Assembly: GCF_009834535.1 (NCBI RefSeq)
Contig: NC_045697.1
Span: forward strand, 116,624,001 to 116,688,000
Length of the DNA stretch: 64,000 nucleotides
Source: Camelus ferus
Taxonomy: Eukaryota
Reading direction: 5' to 3'
This document shows, piece after piece, positions 62,055-64,000 of the stretch (position 1 is its first letter; every line of letters begins with the position of its first letter). The notes below the pieces were generated by a model, which did no database searches, was not told the origin of the DNA, and was given only the letters and a program-made list of their open reading frames with translations. The position numbers and the translations under genes were made by a program.

Positions 62055-62728
62055 ACTGATTCTTCACTGTTTTAAGAATAAAACAGCAGTGAGTAGTTAG
62101 ACACCAGTACACTGATATTATAAGGATAAACAAATGAAATTATACACATTTTTGATCATTGGTTTGTTTGGAAATTATTCATTCATTATTTCATCAAATT
62201 TGTTTTTTCTGTCCCATTTCTGCTTCTGGGATTGCAATTACCCAAAATTAGACCTTTTGATATGTCTCTCTGTTTGAAAGTTCTCTTAGAAGTCTATCTG
62301 ATTGCTAAATATCTTCAAATTAAATTACATCTGGAGATATGGGTTGATATTTAGGAGTATTTCTTTTTTTGCTTTGAGTGTTAGAAAGCTGAAAAAAAAA
62401 CCCCGACAAAGTTAAGACTCAATCAGAGAAAATATGTTTTGCTTATATGATTTCTTCCCACACTTATATTTTCAGTTTCCATTTTGTTAACATAATTAAA
62501 TATTACTATTTTGCAAGCCATCTGTAATTATTTTGTGAGAGCCACAGCATAATAACTATGCAGTATACAATAAATGCTTTTGAAGAAAATGAAAGAGCTT
62601 ATCCCAGGAAAACTTACAGAAAACACCTCCTAAATGCCCAATGCATGAAATCTGTGAAAACTGACTCACCAAAAGAAATATAGTTAAATGCTCATCCAAT
62701 GAGTATAATATGTTTTAACATTTTGACA

Positions 62729-63147
62729 TTTTTAAATTGAAGTACAGTCAGTTACAATGGGTCAATTTCTGATGTACAGCAAAATGTCTCAGTCATATGT
62801 GTATATATATATATTCATTTTAATATTTTTTTCATTAAAGGTTGTTACAAGATATTGATTACATCATTCCCTGTGCTATACAGAAGAAATTTATTTTTAT
62901 CTATTTTTATATATCGTAGTTAATATTTGCGAATCTCCAATTCCCAAATTTATTCCTTCCCACCCTCTTTCCCCTGGTAACTGTAAGATTGTTTACTATG
63001 TCTGCGAGTCTGTTTCTGCTTTGTAGATGAGTTCATTAGTGTCTTCTTTTTTCTTGTTTTAGATTCCGCATATGAGTGATATCAAATGGTATTTTTCTTT
63101 CTCTTTCTGGCTTGCTTCACTTAGAATGACAATCTCCAGGTCCATCC
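62729..63147 (-). mobile_element. L1 3'UTR fragment
   Basis: Same subfamily as 44041-44358. Confidence 0.9.
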
Positions 63148-63184
63148 TCATGTGTTTTGAATTATTCCATTTACTATGTTAGAT

Positions 63185-63500
63185 AAGAGATGATCCTGAC
63201 CTTGAAAGCATTTAAAACTGAGAGAAGTGCAAAACTATACATAAATAATAATTTTGTAATGAATTTGTGATGTAAGTCATGGTGACCTCTGCTTGTGTAG
63301 ACAGGAAGGAAAGTTCTGTGGAGCACAGGGAGTAAATGGTGAGGAGGTGGTATTTGATGTGGGTCTTAAGGAATGTGTGAGATTCTGACAGATGGGGGAA
63401 AAAGTTAACAAGTCACATGGTGAACTATATTGGAAGTCAGCAGAATCTGGGGCTTGGGAGCAGACTAACAGCATGAAGTGGGTGGTTAAGTTCACAGAGG
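63185..63500 (-). mobile_element. L2 remnant
   Basis: gaggaggtggtatttgatgtgggtcttaaggaatg is an antisense L2-like motif. Confidence 0.45.
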
Positions 63501-63600
63501 AGAATGTGACCAGAGGAGGGAAAGAGGGCTCCATAGAGCTGAATCCCAGGAACACCCTTGCAGGGGCTGAGAAGTAGCAGAGAGTTTAAAAGCTCTAGAT

Positions 63601-64000
63601 CAAACATATGGACCAATGGAACAGAATAGAGAGCCCAGAAAAGAACCCACAAACTTTTGGTCAAATAATCTTTGACAAAGGAAGCAAGAATATACAATGG
63701 AATAAAGACAGTCTCTTCAGCAAATGGTGTTGGGAAAACTGGACAGCAGCATGTAAATCAGTGAAGCTAGAACACTCCCTTACACCATACACAAAAATAA
63801 ACTCAAAATGGATCAAAGACTTAAACATAAGACAAGATACAATAAACCTCCTAGAAGAAAATATAGGCAAAACATTGTCTCACATACATCTCAAAAATGC
63901 TCTCCTAGGGTAGTCTACCCAAGCAATAGAAATAAAAGCAAGAATAAACAAATGGGACCTAATTAAACTTACAAGCTTTTGCACAGCAAAGGAAACTGTA
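63601..64000 (+). mobile_element. L1 ORF2 fragment running off the window
   Basis: ORF 63608-63913 ([10 protein letters not shown]...KWCWENW...[16 protein letters not shown]), highly similar to 56000-56440. Confidence 0.93.

Noticed and set aside
1..64000. CRISPR arrays, operons, rRNA or other prokaryote-type systems
   Set aside because: The sequence is mammalian intron and intergenic DNA, with no repeat-spacer arrays or dense coding regions.

Overview
Mammalian genomic DNA, AT-rich and dense in repeats. It is most likely camelid: six copies of a tRNA-Ala-derived SINE resemble the camelid vic-1 family, and I recognised no Alu, B1, Bov-A/BovB, PRE-1 or Can-SINE. The only supportable gene is the 5' part of RXFP1 (relaxin receptor 1/LGR7) on the minus strand: exon 1 (46668-46716, signal peptide), exon 2 (20312-20449, LDLa module) and exon 3 (666-770, LDLa-LRR linker), all with GT-AG sites in compatible phase 1. 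The gene continues beyond position 1, and the ~17 kb above exon 1 is upstream intergenic sequence. The rest is L1 fragments (including twin-primed and nested insertions), solo LTRs, MaLR, MER5A/MER20/MER45 DNA transposons, MIR/L2 remnants and microsatellites. I found no clearly new biological system. The best leads are a 2-residue linker insertion in RXFP1, a possible secreted LDLa-only isoform ending at an L1-supplied poly(A) signal, CpG-rich/G-run structure at exon 2, two MER20 copies near the promoter and a strong-context uORF. Repeat family names and cross-species comparisons come from recalled consensus sequences, not from database searches, and repeat boundaries without TSDs are approximate.
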